DNA of 53,352 bases from a virus (IMGVR_UViG_3300009548_000008:1-53352); one strand, 5' to 3'. Positions 28,404 to 38,467 are shown, numbered from the stretch's first letter. Made by a program: numbers and translations. Notes: generated from the sequence alone by a model not told the origin.

Positions 28404-29195
28404 ATGGTTGATCCAGTTGCAGGCACCTTCACCGGTGCGATGTGCACGGTATGGATTGCCGGATCGCGGGATTATCTCGTAACGACCGGCTCGTATGATT
28501 TACAGAACATCTTTGACAGCCCATATCCCACCGGAGATACGTTCGCGCATAATGTCTATGTGGGCCGGAAATTCAACAAGCTCTCGTTCGAGCGGCAGAT
28601 GACGGACGGCTCGCTCGTGGCGTACCTGCTCAACGCGTCGCCCATCACGGGAACGCCCACCACGATCGTTACCGCGGGCGCAAATCTTAACACCGCGGGC
28701 AATCTCACTCTGGCAGGAGCATCACCACTTGCAGCCGGGTCCGGGCTGTTACAGCTCACGACTGCAGGAGCTACTACGACCAACGCGAGTATTGTCTACA
28801 TCACCGCTGTGGGTCTTGACGTGAACGGCAATGTGATCCACGATTCCTTCGCGATGCCAGCTTTGGCTCCTGCGGCCACCGTGCTTACTACCACGAAGGT
28901 CTTTACCTCGGTGCTCTACATCGACAACCCCACCGCGCTCGGCTCGAGCGTGACCTGCGGGATCGCGTCGATTGCCGGCACTACTTCGATCAGCGGCTCC
29001 ACAGCACTCCCGGCGCTCGTCAATATCGCCATGAAGATCATTGACCCCGCCACATCCAAGGAAGTCATCATGACATTCGCTAACTGCTATGTCAAGAGCG
29101 ATCCGGTGACGTTCAAAGGCGGCAAATCAGTCTCGACAACCGTTGAGATGGTGATGCAGAACCCGAACACCGATATCCAGGCACAGTTCGCATGA
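28404..29195 (+). CDS. Major tail tube protein
   Basis: Strong AAGGAGGT RBS, position, beta-rich; no sheath gene in the module. Confidence 0.7.
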   Translation: MVDPVAGTFTGAMCTVWIAGSRDYLVTTGSYDLQNIFDSPYPTGDTFAHNVYVGRKFNKLSFERQMTDGSLVAYLLNASPITGTPTTIVTAGANLNTAGNLTLAGASPLAAGSGLLQLTTAGATTTNASIVYITAVGLDVNGNVIHDSFAMPALAPAATVLTTTKVFTSVLYIDNPTALGSSVTCGIASIAGTTSISGSTALPALVNIAMKIIDPATSKEVIMTFANCYVKSDPVTFKGGKSVSTTVEMVMQNPNTDIQAQFA

Positions 29196-29791
29196 CCGGA
29201 CCCGATGAAGACCCCGCGATCGCAGCACTCAAGAGCCGGGAAGCAGAGCGGGTGGCAGCCGAGCGGGAACAGCAGAAACGCGAAGAGGTTGCCAAGGAAG
29301 CCGCCCGGTGGCAGCGGGAGATCGATACCCTGATGGATCGCGTCTCTCACCCGGAGCGCAACGTTGAATGCGTGGACCTCACGACCGGCCAGCCGGTACC
29401 TCCTGTAACAGAAGACGGCGTCCAGAGAGCTCCCCCCGGGGCCCTTGAGATGCCACTCTTTTTCACTCGCGCAAAATCGGCGGAGATCACTGCCCTTCTC
29501 GACCGCAAGCAGGAGTTACTCGGGGCAATGCGGGAACTCGCATCACAACCGCCCGCACCAGGGCAGGACGCCGGGTATACCAAATACCAGTCCGATCAGT
29601 ACGCCCGGGAACTCGGCGGAATCATGCGGAAACTCTACGCAGCCCTGACCGCGAATCCATACATCACGGAAGAATGGCTCGCGGAAAACGAGGACAAATG
29701 GCGCCCTGTGGACCTCAATGCGCTAATCCACCGGTACCAGCAACGCGGCGCGGAGGCGATGGCACGGGTCCGCTCCTTTCTCGGTAAGTGA
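29192..29791 (+). CDS. Tail assembly chaperone (gpG-like)
   Basis: Between tube and tape measure genes; ends ..RSFLGK*. Confidence 0.7.
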   Translation: MTGPDEDPAIAALKSREAERVAAEREQQKREEVAKEAARWQREIDTLMDRVSHPERNVECVDLTTGQPVPPVTEDGVQRAPPGALEMPLFFTRAKSAEITALLDRKQELLGAMRELASQPPAPGQDAGYTKYQSDQYARELGGIMRKLYAALTANPYITEEWLAENEDKWRPVDLNALIHRYQQRGAEAMARVRSFLGK

Positions 29792-29933
29792 ATACGGGAA
29801 ATTGTGGGCGGTGTTCCTGCGCTGGATGAAACTCACATGGAAGGAATGGGGAGCGATGGACGAGATCGAACGAGAATTCTGGCTTGCGGCGTATAACGGG
29901 CTTTATGGCCCACCGAAGGACGGGAAGAAATGA
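29778..29933 (+). CDS. +1-frame extension of the tail chaperone (gpT-like)
   Basis: FSVSEYGKLWAVFLRWMKLTWKEWGAMDEIEREFWLAAYNGLYGPPKDGKK*; ends in ATGA overlap with the tape measure gene. Confidence 0.7.
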   Translation, partial: FSVSEYGKLWAVFLRWMKLTWKEWGAMDEIEREFWLAAYNGLYGPPKDGKK

Positions 29934-31252
29934 CTGATACCGACTTGGGAAACGTGTTCTATAATATCACGGCAAATGATCAGACTAGTGGCACGTTAGC
30001 TGGTGCGGCTCAAAACTTCTATTTCATGTTTAATTCCATTAGGGAAGGCGTTTCCATGGTACAAACGGCGTTTGACGATACCGTCGGCGCCGCCATGGAT
30101 TATGAAGATTCGATCGAACACCTTTCGATCACCACGAATACTTCCTTTGATGACGTGCAGCGGTGGAAAGAAGCCGCCACCTCCATGGGTGTAGATTTTG
30201 ATGCGTTTTCAAGCACCATGACCATGATGACGCAGAAGATCGGTGCGCAGGGAACAGCGGGTGATGACCTCCGGCAGCGCATTGAGGCTCTTGGTGTGTC
30301 GGTTATAGACGCCAACGGGAATTACCGCTCAACATCAGATATAATGCAGGATCTACTTCCTGCGCTCTCCAATGTTGGAGATGCCCAAACACGGGATGCG
30401 GACGCTCTTGCCATTTTCGGAAGATCGTGGCAGAACATCGCCCCGATGATCGACGATGGGACCACAGCCGTGAATAATTTCAAAGCGGCGTCGCCCGTGA
30501 TGAGTGATGAGGACGCCCAGAAGGTCCAGAACTTCCGGATCGAATGGGGAATCCTTTCGGAGAGATTTGAGATTTTCCAAGACACCGTCGGCACCTACAT
30601 TATTGCGTTTTTCCAAGATGTGGCTCAAGCCGGAGCAGTTGCGGGCGTCGAAATTTCCTCGTTAGGAATGGCGCTTGATGGTGTCGAGGAATATATCAAA
30701 ACCGGCAACATGGCGGAGCTAACAAACGCCATGGATCGCATTTCAAATCCGGGCAAATATACAACGAATTTCCTCGATACCACCACGGTGGCGCTTCATC
30801 AGGCCACTACAAGCACATCCGGGGCAGTAGAGACCGCAAAACAGCAGGAAGAGGCCCAGAAAAAAGTGGAGGAGGCTCAAACAAAAGCCGAAAAGGCAAG
30901 TGCAGAGGATCAGAAAAAAGCCGATGCACACACAGCCACTCAGACGAAACTCGCGCAGACTATTGAAGATAACTCCCAAAAACTTGAAAATCTCGAGGGA
31001 GAAACCACAAAAACCGCAACCGCTTCGGCGGATCTTGCATTACGAATTACAGAACTTAAACAGAAAATTAATGATGAAATCAATTCCTACAACAAGAACG
31101 CTACAACGATATATGTCACGGTCACGCCCCCGGCCGGCAGTTCTCCCACAGAGGTAGGTACTGCAGTAGGATCGGCCATCAACGATCAGCTGGCCGACAC
31201 CGCGAACCTCCGCACGCAGCGGATCGCTATGGGAATCGGGGGGAACGATTAG
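29930..31252 (+). CDS. Tape measure protein (short, 440 aa)
   Basis: ITANDQTSG N-terminus, LGVSVIDANGNYRS, ALAIFGRS; helical and Ala-rich. Confidence 0.85.
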   Translation: MTDTDLGNVFYNITANDQTSGTLAGAAQNFYFMFNSIREGVSMVQTAFDDTVGAAMDYEDSIEHLSITTNTSFDDVQRWKEAATSMGVDFDAFSSTMTMMTQKIGAQGTAGDDLRQRIEALGVSVIDANGNYRSTSDIMQDLLPALSNVGDAQTRDADALAIFGRSWQNIAPMIDDGTTAVNNFKAASPVMSDEDAQKVQNFRIEWGILSERFEIFQDTVGTYIIAFFQDVAQAGAVAGVEISSLGMALDGVEEYIKTGNMAELTNAMDRISNPGKYTTNFLDTTTVALHQATTSTSGAVETAKQQEEAQKKVEEAQTKAEKASAEDQKKADAHTATQTKLAQTIEDNSQKLENLEGETTKTATASADLALRITELKQKINDEINSYNKNATTIYVTVTPPAGSSPTEVGTAVGSAINDQLADTANLRTQRIAMGIGGND

Positions 31253-31255
31253 ATC

Positions 31256-31600
31256 ATGACGGGCTCGGTGCAGTTCGGGACGCAGGTGCTCAGTATGCCC
31301 TCAAAGGTCAGCATGAAACAGGACGCATACTCGATGAGCTGCCAGTTTGATTGCGAGACCACTTCATACAGTGAGATTGCCGCGCTCGTGGCGTACACCG
31401 GCCCCGCAAAGGCCGATCAGCTTCTCGATGGGTATGTCGATGTGCAGACCCTTTCGGCCACCACCCAGAAACGGACCCTTATCATCAACGGCACATCATA
31501 CCCGAACTGCGTGATCAGCGAGCCGCTCCAGATCACCGAACGGCTCTATCCCTACGTCTGGACGTATACCGTGAAATTCGTACAGTCAACGGCAGGATAA
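31256..31600 (+). CDS. Distal tail protein (putative)
   Basis: Position after the tape measure gene; beta-rich. Confidence 0.55.
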   Translation: MTGSVQFGTQVLSMPSKVSMKQDAYSMSCQFDCETTSYSEIAALVAYTGPAKADQLLDGYVDVQTLSATTQKRTLIINGTSYPNCVISEPLQITERLYPYVWTYTVKFVQSTAG

Positions 31601-31613
31601 AGGAGAGATCATC

Positions 31614-33623
31614 ATGGTAGCACCGTACCCACAGGCAATTTTACAGTTTAACGCCGGTGGATATTACACTAACAAGGCCGTCGTGGCCGGCGATACCATT
31701 CGGCAGCAGAGCGCAACCGTTCACGCCACGGTGGTTTCCGTCACAGTAACTTCCGGATCCTGGACGACTGCAAGTCCGGCGGTGGGGTCGATGGTAATTC
31801 AGCCCACAGATGGTATGTGGGTAAGCGGCCAGTTTTTTGACGATACAACCCAAAGCGCTTCAAACGAGGCATATATCACCAGCGTAACGGTGATCCCGTT
31901 TAACACGAGCATTGCCGGGGGGCCAATTATCCTTACCAAAAGCGTGAAGATCCGCCGTGCATCTTCCGACAAGATGTACCGGGCAACGTTTACCTTTAAC
32001 CGGCTGACAACGGGAGGTCCGCTATCGTCCCTCTTTTGGGTACCGGTATCGTTCTGGATGCCGGATTATACCGGCATATGGAACCCCGTTTTCGTGGGCG
32101 TCATTCCCTCATCGCAGAGCAATGTGAATGCCTATGGTGGCGATCAGGTCATGACCGGTTACGATCAGGGAATTTATCTTACCATGCAGAATCTCCCCCC
32201 GGCACTCCTGTCGCTACCGAACCGGCCGGACGGCACTGAGACCATGACGCCTTACGTGTATGTTTTGGGGTGTCTCGGATGTCCCTTGTCTTTCGCTACT
32301 GCCCCTGCATGGGAGATTTCAGATGGTACTAAATGGGCGCTTGGCACCGGCATTTCCCCTGCGGTAACCGGAGGGTTTGGGAATCCAGCCAACCCGAATG
32401 CATGGGGATCGGCAAACCTTCCTGCGATAGAGATCCCCTTCACCACAAAAACCACACCGATCACAGCTATCACTCAGATCTGCACATACACCGCCCAACT
32501 CTTTTACACCCGTTGGCAGATCATATCAGGAGTAATCCAGCCCTGCGCATATCTGGCCGATTATGCAAACATTGACAGTGGATCTCTGGGTATCAACCTT
32601 CCTGCTGCATTAAACTTGACAAACCCTGAGATCTATGGAGCGCAGCCTGCCGCGGACGGTTCGCATTTCCTCAAGGGCCCCGTTACGCTGATCCAAAAGG
32701 GAGAGGCGCAATACAACTGGGTCACGCTCCGGTATCAGACCCTTGCGGGCGTCTGGCAACAGATGGACAGTATCAATTACGGATATTCGGATAACGTCTA
32801 TGATTATTACCTCAACCCTACCGGCACCGCACTTAAACGTGTTTACTACGAGGAGAATACCGACGTCACGAATGCAACCGACGCCCTCGTGCGGCTGCAG
32901 TTCCTCTGTAACTATTATTTCTCGCAGATGAGCACTTGGAAAGCGACCTTCAAACGCCGGTCGGATCTGCAGCTCTACCAGCAAATTATCTCCGCAGGAT
33001 ATTCGGCGCAAAACCTTCCCGATGGAACATACCGGATCATCGATATTGAATATAATTGGACGGACGGGGGATCGACTAACGAGGTTACGGTCACATTTAT
33101 CCTTGCTTCGGCATTCACCGCGCAAATTAACATTGGCCATGTATTCCTGAATCCGGTATTGGAATACCGGAAGATTGCGGCATCTCTTCAAAACGCAATC
33201 CTGCCGACTGTAACAGGCACCATCGTTTCAAAATCGAATGAGGTTGCGATCTATAATGTTACGGTGAGCGCCGGGTACAATATCGTACTTACTGGGTCAG
33301 GGACCTGCCCGGCATCCGTGGGGGCGAGCGGCACCATCACAACGGTAAACTACACGACGGGCGCGATTACCCTTACGATTTCAAGCACGGTGTATAATGC
33401 GACGGTTTCGACATTATATATGTCCTCGATATCCCCGGGTCAAGCCGTGACCGTCCAGGCCCTCCGCGGCACTGTGACCTTCATGTCCTCAGATTGTACC
33501 GCAGCGGCGGGAAAAGCCCTCGTAAAAACAGGGTATTGCGTTGATTACCCAAACATCACGGTAAATGCTGCGTGTATTGCAACGATAGACACCAATGGGA
33601 CGTACATCATTACGCCCGCGTGA
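31614..33623 (+). CDS. Baseplate hub / tail tip protein
   Basis: Position, size, YRIIDIEY C-terminal hub-like motif. Confidence 0.6.
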   Translation: MVAPYPQAILQFNAGGYYTNKAVVAGDTIRQQSATVHATVVSVTVTSGSWTTASPAVGSMVIQPTDGMWVSGQFFDDTTQSASNEAYITSVTVIPFNTSIAGGPIILTKSVKIRRASSDKMYRATFTFNRLTTGGPLSSLFWVPVSFWMPDYTGIWNPVFVGVIPSSQSNVNAYGGDQVMTGYDQGIYLTMQNLPPALLSLPNRPDGTETMTPYVYVLGCLGCPLSFATAPAWEISDGTKWALGTGISPAVTGGFGNPANPNAWGSANLPAIEIPFTTKTTPITAITQICTYTAQLFYTRWQIISGVIQPCAYLADYANIDSGSLGINLPAALNLTNPEIYGAQPAADGSHFLKGPVTLIQKGEAQYNWVTLRYQTLAGVWQQMDSINYGYSDNVYDYYLNPTGTALKRVYYEENTDVTNATDALVRLQFLCNYYFSQMSTWKATFKRRSDLQLYQQIISAGYSAQNLPDGTYRIIDIEYNWTDGGSTNEVTVTFILASAFTAQINIGHVFLNPVLEYRKIAASLQNAILPTVTGTIVSKSNEVAIYNVTVSAGYNIVLTGSGTCPASVGASGTITTVNYTTGAITLTISSTVYNATVSTLYMSSISPGQAVTVQALRGTVTFMSSDCTAAAGKALVKTGYCVDYPNITVNAACIATIDTNGTYIITPA

Positions 33624-33730
33624 GGATCGGCGATGAAGGGCTAACACCCCCGATGCCAGCCGCCGGGAAGGGGGATCCCGGGAAAAAGATTAAGGTTCCA
33701 TCCCTCAACATACAGGTTAGGAGATAAAAA

Positions 33731-34321
33731 ATGCAATTACCCACAGAGATGCCACCGGCACAGGAATTAACGCCAATCGATCTCACAGTAGCACCTATCT
33801 CCTCAATTGCGTTGAGCATACCGCTCGTAGCCGGAACCATCCTGCCGAGTACCGGGTATCCGCTTATTGTGGCTATAGGTCCGCCTGACAGTGAGTTTGA
33901 CGGTACTACAGAACTCGTATGGGTCTCTTCCGGTACCAACCCTCTCATAATTTCACAACGAGGCGTTAACGGCACGGTGGCAAAGAATTGGCCGGTAAAC
34001 TCGATTGTGGGGATCCCCATGTCAGCACTCCATTACCAGAATGTTGTCGATAACATCCTTTTCCTTGCCGGCGCGTGCCAACTCTCATTAGTGATGGGTA
34101 CTGTATCGAACGTTCAGGATGGCGTACCAGTCCCATATTCGCCCGGCGGGACGCCCCGGATGGTAATTCCGATAGGTATATCTCCGGGTAACGATGGAAC
34201 GCGGTATAACCTGCCGCCAACGCTCCAGAGTTTCACGGCAACGGAGTTTACGGTGAACATCAAGACGAACACGGGGGATCCCGGTAATCCCATGACGATC
34301 ACATGGATAGCGGTGCTTTAA
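33731..34321 (+). CDS. Minor tail protein
   Basis: ELVWV...QRGVNGTVAKNWP..S.V motif common in tail proteins; C-terminal lectin-like WIA. Confidence 0.6.
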   Translation: MQLPTEMPPAQELTPIDLTVAPISSIALSIPLVAGTILPSTGYPLIVAIGPPDSEFDGTTELVWVSSGTNPLIISQRGVNGTVAKNWPVNSIVGIPMSALHYQNVVDNILFLAGACQLSLVMGTVSNVQDGVPVPYSPGGTPRMVIPIGISPGNDGTRYNLPPTLQSFTATEFTVNIKTNTGDPGNPMTITWIAVL

Positions 34322-34322
34322 G

Positions 34323-35732
34323 ATGAAGAAAATTATCACGGTTTTATTAGCGGTGCTCCTGATGGTATCCTCGGTCGGAGCAACGTGCCCGACGTTCTGG
34401 AACGACCCGGGCCTGACCTGTATCACGTCCCAGAACTGGCATGACTTTGTAAATAACTGGACCTACCAGAACACCTCGATATGGTTAAATTTCGGCAATT
34501 TCCTCTCCCACTCCGGTGGAACAATGACGGGAAAAATTAATGCCGGGGGGTTCAATATTTCCAACATCGGGAACCCGGGATCAAGCCAGGATGCCGTCTC
34601 TCTCTCATACCTCAATGCAAACCCGGTCCCGAATAGCAGTTATGCCCTGAAAAATCAGATCCCATCTGCAGCATCGGGAAATGTAATTACCGGGACAGGA
34701 TCGGGGATACAAGACAGCGGCGTGCTTCTCTCATCCTTGGATACCATTGCAAACCAATCAGCGGTAAATAACACAATCTGGTCGAATTTCGGGAACTACG
34801 ATACTAATATCAATGCAACCGCAAGGAACACTTCAATCTGGTCGAATTTCGGGAACTATGCCACGATCTCGCTCCTTAACAGTGTCAACCAATCGCAGAC
34901 GAATAACCTTACAAGTGTAAATAATACGGCGTGGGTGAACTTTGACACCATTACTCATACTACAGCAATGAATACCTCGATCTGGACCAATTTCCAGAAC
35001 TATGAGACTGTAGTAAATGCTTCTGCCACGAATGCTTCAATCTGGTATGCCCTCGGGAATGTTTCCGTCCCGGTAGATTATACGGGTTTGTTTTTGCAGA
35101 ACGGGACGCGGATAATGACCGGTTCCCTGAATACGGGGGGATTCAATATCTCGAATATCAGCACACCGGTAGCCTCCAGTGATGCCGCGACAAAATCCTA
35201 TGTCGATTCACATTCAAGTCCCGGTTCTCCGAACACGGTGTACAGTGCCCTCACCAGTTCACAGGATGGGAATATTACTGTCTGGAATGGAACATCTACA
35301 AGATGGCTGAACGATTCGGGGTACACTATTCCCTCACTGATCGCGGCAGTTCCGATTGTCAATTCCTCATATGCAACCACGACTTACGTCAACAGCATGG
35401 TGGATACATGGAATGTGGTTACTACATCATCTGCATCGCTTGCAGTTGGCAACGGATATATCCCTACCAACACTTCGAGAACACTCCTCACACTCCCTGT
35501 AGTGGCCTCTCCCGGACAATCCGAAAAAATCACAGGATTCGGATCTGGGGGATGGGTGATTAAGCAGAATGCTGGGCAAACGATCTACTTTGCCGGATCG
35601 GTCAACACCACCCCAGGAACCCCCGGCAATGTCACGTCGAATACTGCATACGATAGTATCTCTCTTAGATGTGTGGTAACAAATATGTCTTGGGTAGCAG
35701 AATTATTTACTGGAAATTTACAGGTGAACTAA
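34323..35732 (+). CDS. Tail-fibre-like protein with Sec signal peptide and dense N-glycosylation sequons
   Basis: MKKIITVLLAVLLMVSSVGA; two GxxMTG..NxGGFNISN..P...DA....Y motifs; fibre domain LTLPVVASPG...GSGGWVIKQNAGQTIYF; about 26 sequons. Confidence 0.75.
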   Translation: MKKIITVLLAVLLMVSSVGATCPTFWNDPGLTCITSQNWHDFVNNWTYQNTSIWLNFGNFLSHSGGTMTGKINAGGFNISNIGNPGSSQDAVSLSYLNANPVPNSSYALKNQIPSAASGNVITGTGSGIQDSGVLLSSLDTIANQSAVNNTIWSNFGNYDTNINATARNTSIWSNFGNYATISLLNSVNQSQTNNLTSVNNTAWVNFDTITHTTAMNTSIWTNFQNYETVVNASATNASIWYALGNVSVPVDYTGLFLQNGTRIMTGSLNTGGFNISNISTPVASSDAATKSYVDSHSSPGSPNTVYSALTSSQDGNITVWNGTSTRWLNDSGYTIPSLIAAVPIVNSSYATTTYVNSMVDTWNVVTTSSASLAVGNGYIPTNTSRTLLTLPVVASPGQSEKITGFGSGGWVIKQNAGQTIYFAGSVNTTPGTPGNVTSNTAYDSISLRCVVTNMSWVAELFTGNLQVN

Positions 35733-37337
35733 ATGCCGCAAAACATTAGTCCAATAGGTATCCCGAATGCTCCGGGATTCCTTGAGAATAATGGGTCTGG
35801 TACGCTTTCGTGGGCAACGGTATCCAGTGCCATATTTACTACACATTATGTCAACGATGTAGATTATCCCATTAGTAGTGTAGGAAACCAGATCATAGTA
35901 TATACTAGCATAACTGCAACCAGAGCCGTAACACTTCCCTTAGCCAGTACTTGTGCAGGGGAGGTGATCATTGTAGGAAGTGAAATGATGGGACCCGGGG
36001 GAAGTGATTTTGATATTGCTGTTCATCGGTCGGGTTCAGATACAATAGCTATTGGCAGAGGCTCTTTTGCCTATATATATGATATCACTAGCTGTGCGCA
36101 ACCCGCAATATTTATCAGCGACGGGAATTCTCAATGGATCCTTGTGGGGATATCCCCGTCTTTTGGTGTTAGTTCAACACAATTTCTTCGCAATGATGGC
36201 ACATGGGCCGTCCCTCCCGGCGGCGGCAGCGGCAATGTCACCGGTCCGGCTAGTAGTATTGTAGGGGACATAGCCCTTTTCAATAACACCTTGGGCACTG
36301 TAATCTCTGACAGTGGAACACTCCTTGCCTCATTAGCCCCTCTTGCATCTCCGCAGTTCACTGGGGACGATGCATCGTTTACAGCGAATGGACAAGCTAG
36401 TACGACATGGGACGGTCCTAGTGATCCTTATGGGAATGGTTGCTGGAACGATCAAAACCTGTTTATTTCTCGTCTATGTAATTATAGTATTACCGGTGGC
36501 CAGTCTCCGGTATCGTCGGTTAAAGGTCGGGGTATCCGTATCCGGGATGTCGTTCTCGCTACAGGGGGTGCCTACGAGAATGGTATATACTGTCAGTTGA
36601 TGAACTATGCAGCAAACGGACAACAGTGCTCAGTTTATGCTGAGGGCGATAAATTCCCCGGTGCTGGTCCGACATGGGGTGCCGTATCACAATGCTGTGA
36701 CGCTACGAATGCCGCTGATCCCACTACGGAGGCAGTAGGGCACGAAATTGATATTTCCGGAACTGGTACAGACGCCAACATGCAACGCATCGGACTTGAT
36801 ATTGTCGGGTATACCCAACAGGGTGCGAAGGCACACATTGGTGCAGGGCTGAGGATCGGTCCGCAGAACGAAGATCCTTCCGTGTGTACCTTTGACAACG
36901 GGGTATACCTCTATGGGGATATCACGAAACCCATTACAATTCTGAACTCTTCCGGAGCAGTAATATTCTCTGTCGATAGCTCCGGGAATGTAACGGCAGC
37001 AGGGAGTATTATGTCTGGCAGTCAGGTAAACAATCTATCCGCGTATGTACTCATAAATAATACTACGCCTGGAACATTGATAAATGCAGTTTCGGGGAAA
37101 CACATTGTTGCGACTATAACCGGGACCGGTAGTGGCGGGACTTCAACGGTAATATTGACCATAACGGGAACACAAAATAAGGGTCCGGTCAATATGACTT
37201 GGAATTGCGGTGAGTCTGGTCTTATAGCATTCCCTCCAAACCTAGAATTTGACGTTAATACCCCAGTAACATATTCTGTCACCGGTACAGGAATCATGTT
37301 GGTTTACTTGACAGCCGGATATTATCTGACTAACTAA
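35733..37337 (+). CDS. Tail fibre / receptor-binding protein
   Basis: NNGSGTLSW, VTLPLAS, SDGNSQW, FLRNDGTWA, APLASPQFTG fibre motifs; no signal peptide. Confidence 0.7.
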   Translation: MPQNISPIGIPNAPGFLENNGSGTLSWATVSSAIFTTHYVNDVDYPISSVGNQIIVYTSITATRAVTLPLASTCAGEVIIVGSEMMGPGGSDFDIAVHRSGSDTIAIGRGSFAYIYDITSCAQPAIFISDGNSQWILVGISPSFGVSSTQFLRNDGTWAVPPGGGSGNVTGPASSIVGDIALFNNTLGTVISDSGTLLASLAPLASPQFTGDDASFTANGQASTTWDGPSDPYGNGCWNDQNLFISRLCNYSITGGQSPVSSVKGRGIRIRDVVLATGGAYENGIYCQLMNYAANGQQCSVYAEGDKFPGAGPTWGAVSQCCDATNAADPTTEAVGHEIDISGTGTDANMQRIGLDIVGYTQQGAKAHIGAGLRIGPQNEDPSVCTFDNGVYLYGDITKPITILNSSGAVIFSVDSSGNVTAAGSIMSGSQVNNLSAYVLINNTTPGTLINAVSGKHIVATITGTGSGGTSTVILTITGTQNKGPVNMTWNCGESGLIAFPPNLEFDVNTPVTYSVTGTGIMLVYLTAGYYLTN

Positions 37338-37366
37338 GAGTGCAATCTTACAATGAGGATGATAAA

Positions 37367-37624
37367 ATGAGGTTTGGCAGAGGATATTTCGGAAGGAGCC
37401 CGTTCACCAGGGATCGGCAGGACATCCCCCCCGCCCCATTATCCCCTGTAACCAGCATCCGGGCTTCGGCGCAAACCACTATGGGCATGTCGATTGCCCC
37501 CACCCCACTGGCAGGCATAACAATTACCGCCTCATCGTGGAGCATGTCGATTGCCCCCACCCCACTGGCAGGCATAACAATTACCGCCTCATCGTGGAGC
37601 ATGTCGATTAACGGAGTCGATTAA
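37367..37624 (+). CDS. Small protein with 19-aa tandem repeat
   Basis: GAGGAT RBS; MRFGRGYFGR start; repeat MSIAPTPLAGITITASSWS. Confidence 0.55.
   Translation: MRFGRGYFGRSPFTRDRQDIPPAPLSPVTSIRASAQTTMGMSIAPTPLAGITITASSWSMSIAPTPLAGITITASSWSMSINGVD
37485..37609 (+). repeat. Perfect 57-bp tandem repeat (about 2.2 copies)
   Basis: GCATGTCGATT recurs at 37485, 37542 and 37599. Confidence 0.95.
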
Positions 37625-37625
37625 A

Positions 37626-37928
37626 ATGACCATATTTACTTCAGGAACAACCGTAACGCTGACGATTACCACCACTGATGGTGAGGGGGTGCCGGCAAAC
37701 CTCGATGCCCCGCCGGTTGGTACGCTGTTGGCGGATGATGAACGGACGATCATACAGTCCGGAATCACAACAACCCTGACCGCGACCGGGACTTATACGT
37801 GCACGATAACGCTTCCCGCCACGATTGGCACCACAATGTATTATGCCCGGTTTATCGGGGCAGCCAGCTTAAAGCCAATGATCGGTTGTGAGGAGATAAT
37901 CGCATCATTCACCGGGACGCTGCGCTGA
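37626..37928 (+). CDS. Ig-like small tail-associated protein
   Basis: GTTVTLTIT...DG.PANL...TGTYTCTITLP. Confidence 0.55.
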   Translation: MTIFTSGTTVTLTITTTDGEGVPANLDAPPVGTLLADDERTIIQSGITTTLTATGTYTCTITLPATIGTTMYYARFIGAASLKPMIGCEEIIASFTGTLR

Positions 37929-37968
37929 CACAAAAAACATTTATTTTAGTTAAATAAAACGAAGTATT

Positions 37969-38370
37969 ATGAAAAAACTCGTTATCTTATTCCTTGTCGC
38001 AAGTATTCTTGTTTTTCCCTGCTGCGCGCTCAATATCCCGTCTAGCGAAAGGATCCATCTGGGGGATATCATCCAGGAAAACCAGTCGGTCGCCTACCTG
38101 AATGGCAACGTTGTCCCAAGCGGGTACAGGCTCCTCCTGCTTTCCCCGGACAACATCACTGTATCAGATGCGGCGATCTTCACCTATCATTATTCGTTGG
38201 GGATCGATGGGAGTTACGATTACAAAACTCCAACCCGTATGAACGATGGCGGGTATATCGACGGTATTTCGGAGGGATCCTATTATGCGTGCCCGCAGGT
38301 CGGATTACCGTTTTTTATGAACCAAGATCGGCTTAACAAATACTGTTCGTACCTTTTTACGGCGCTTTAA
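37969..38370 (+). CDS. Secreted protein (signal peptide), moron-like
   Basis: MKKLVILFLVASILVFPCCA; own TATA-like element upstream and T-tract downstream. Confidence 0.65.
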   Translation: MKKLVILFLVASILVFPCCALNIPSSERIHLGDIIQENQSVAYLNGNVVPSGYRLLLLSPDNITVSDAAIFTYHYSLGIDGSYDYKTPTRMNDGGYIDGISEGSYYACPQVGLPFFMNQDRLNKYCSYLFTAL

Positions 38371-38467
38371 TTTCAAATCCCTTTCTTTTTCCCAAAGATA
38401 TTTTTACCCCCCGCGCACATCTCCTTTTATACCCCGCAAAAGTGAGCGGGGAGGAAGTTGTACAACT

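Noticed and set aside
34171-34180. 10-nt reverse-complement match to the sequence following the solitary repeat (possible self-target)
   Set aside because: A 10-mer match is not improbable in 53 kb on two strands, it extends poorly, and it lies mid-gene rather than at a promoter.
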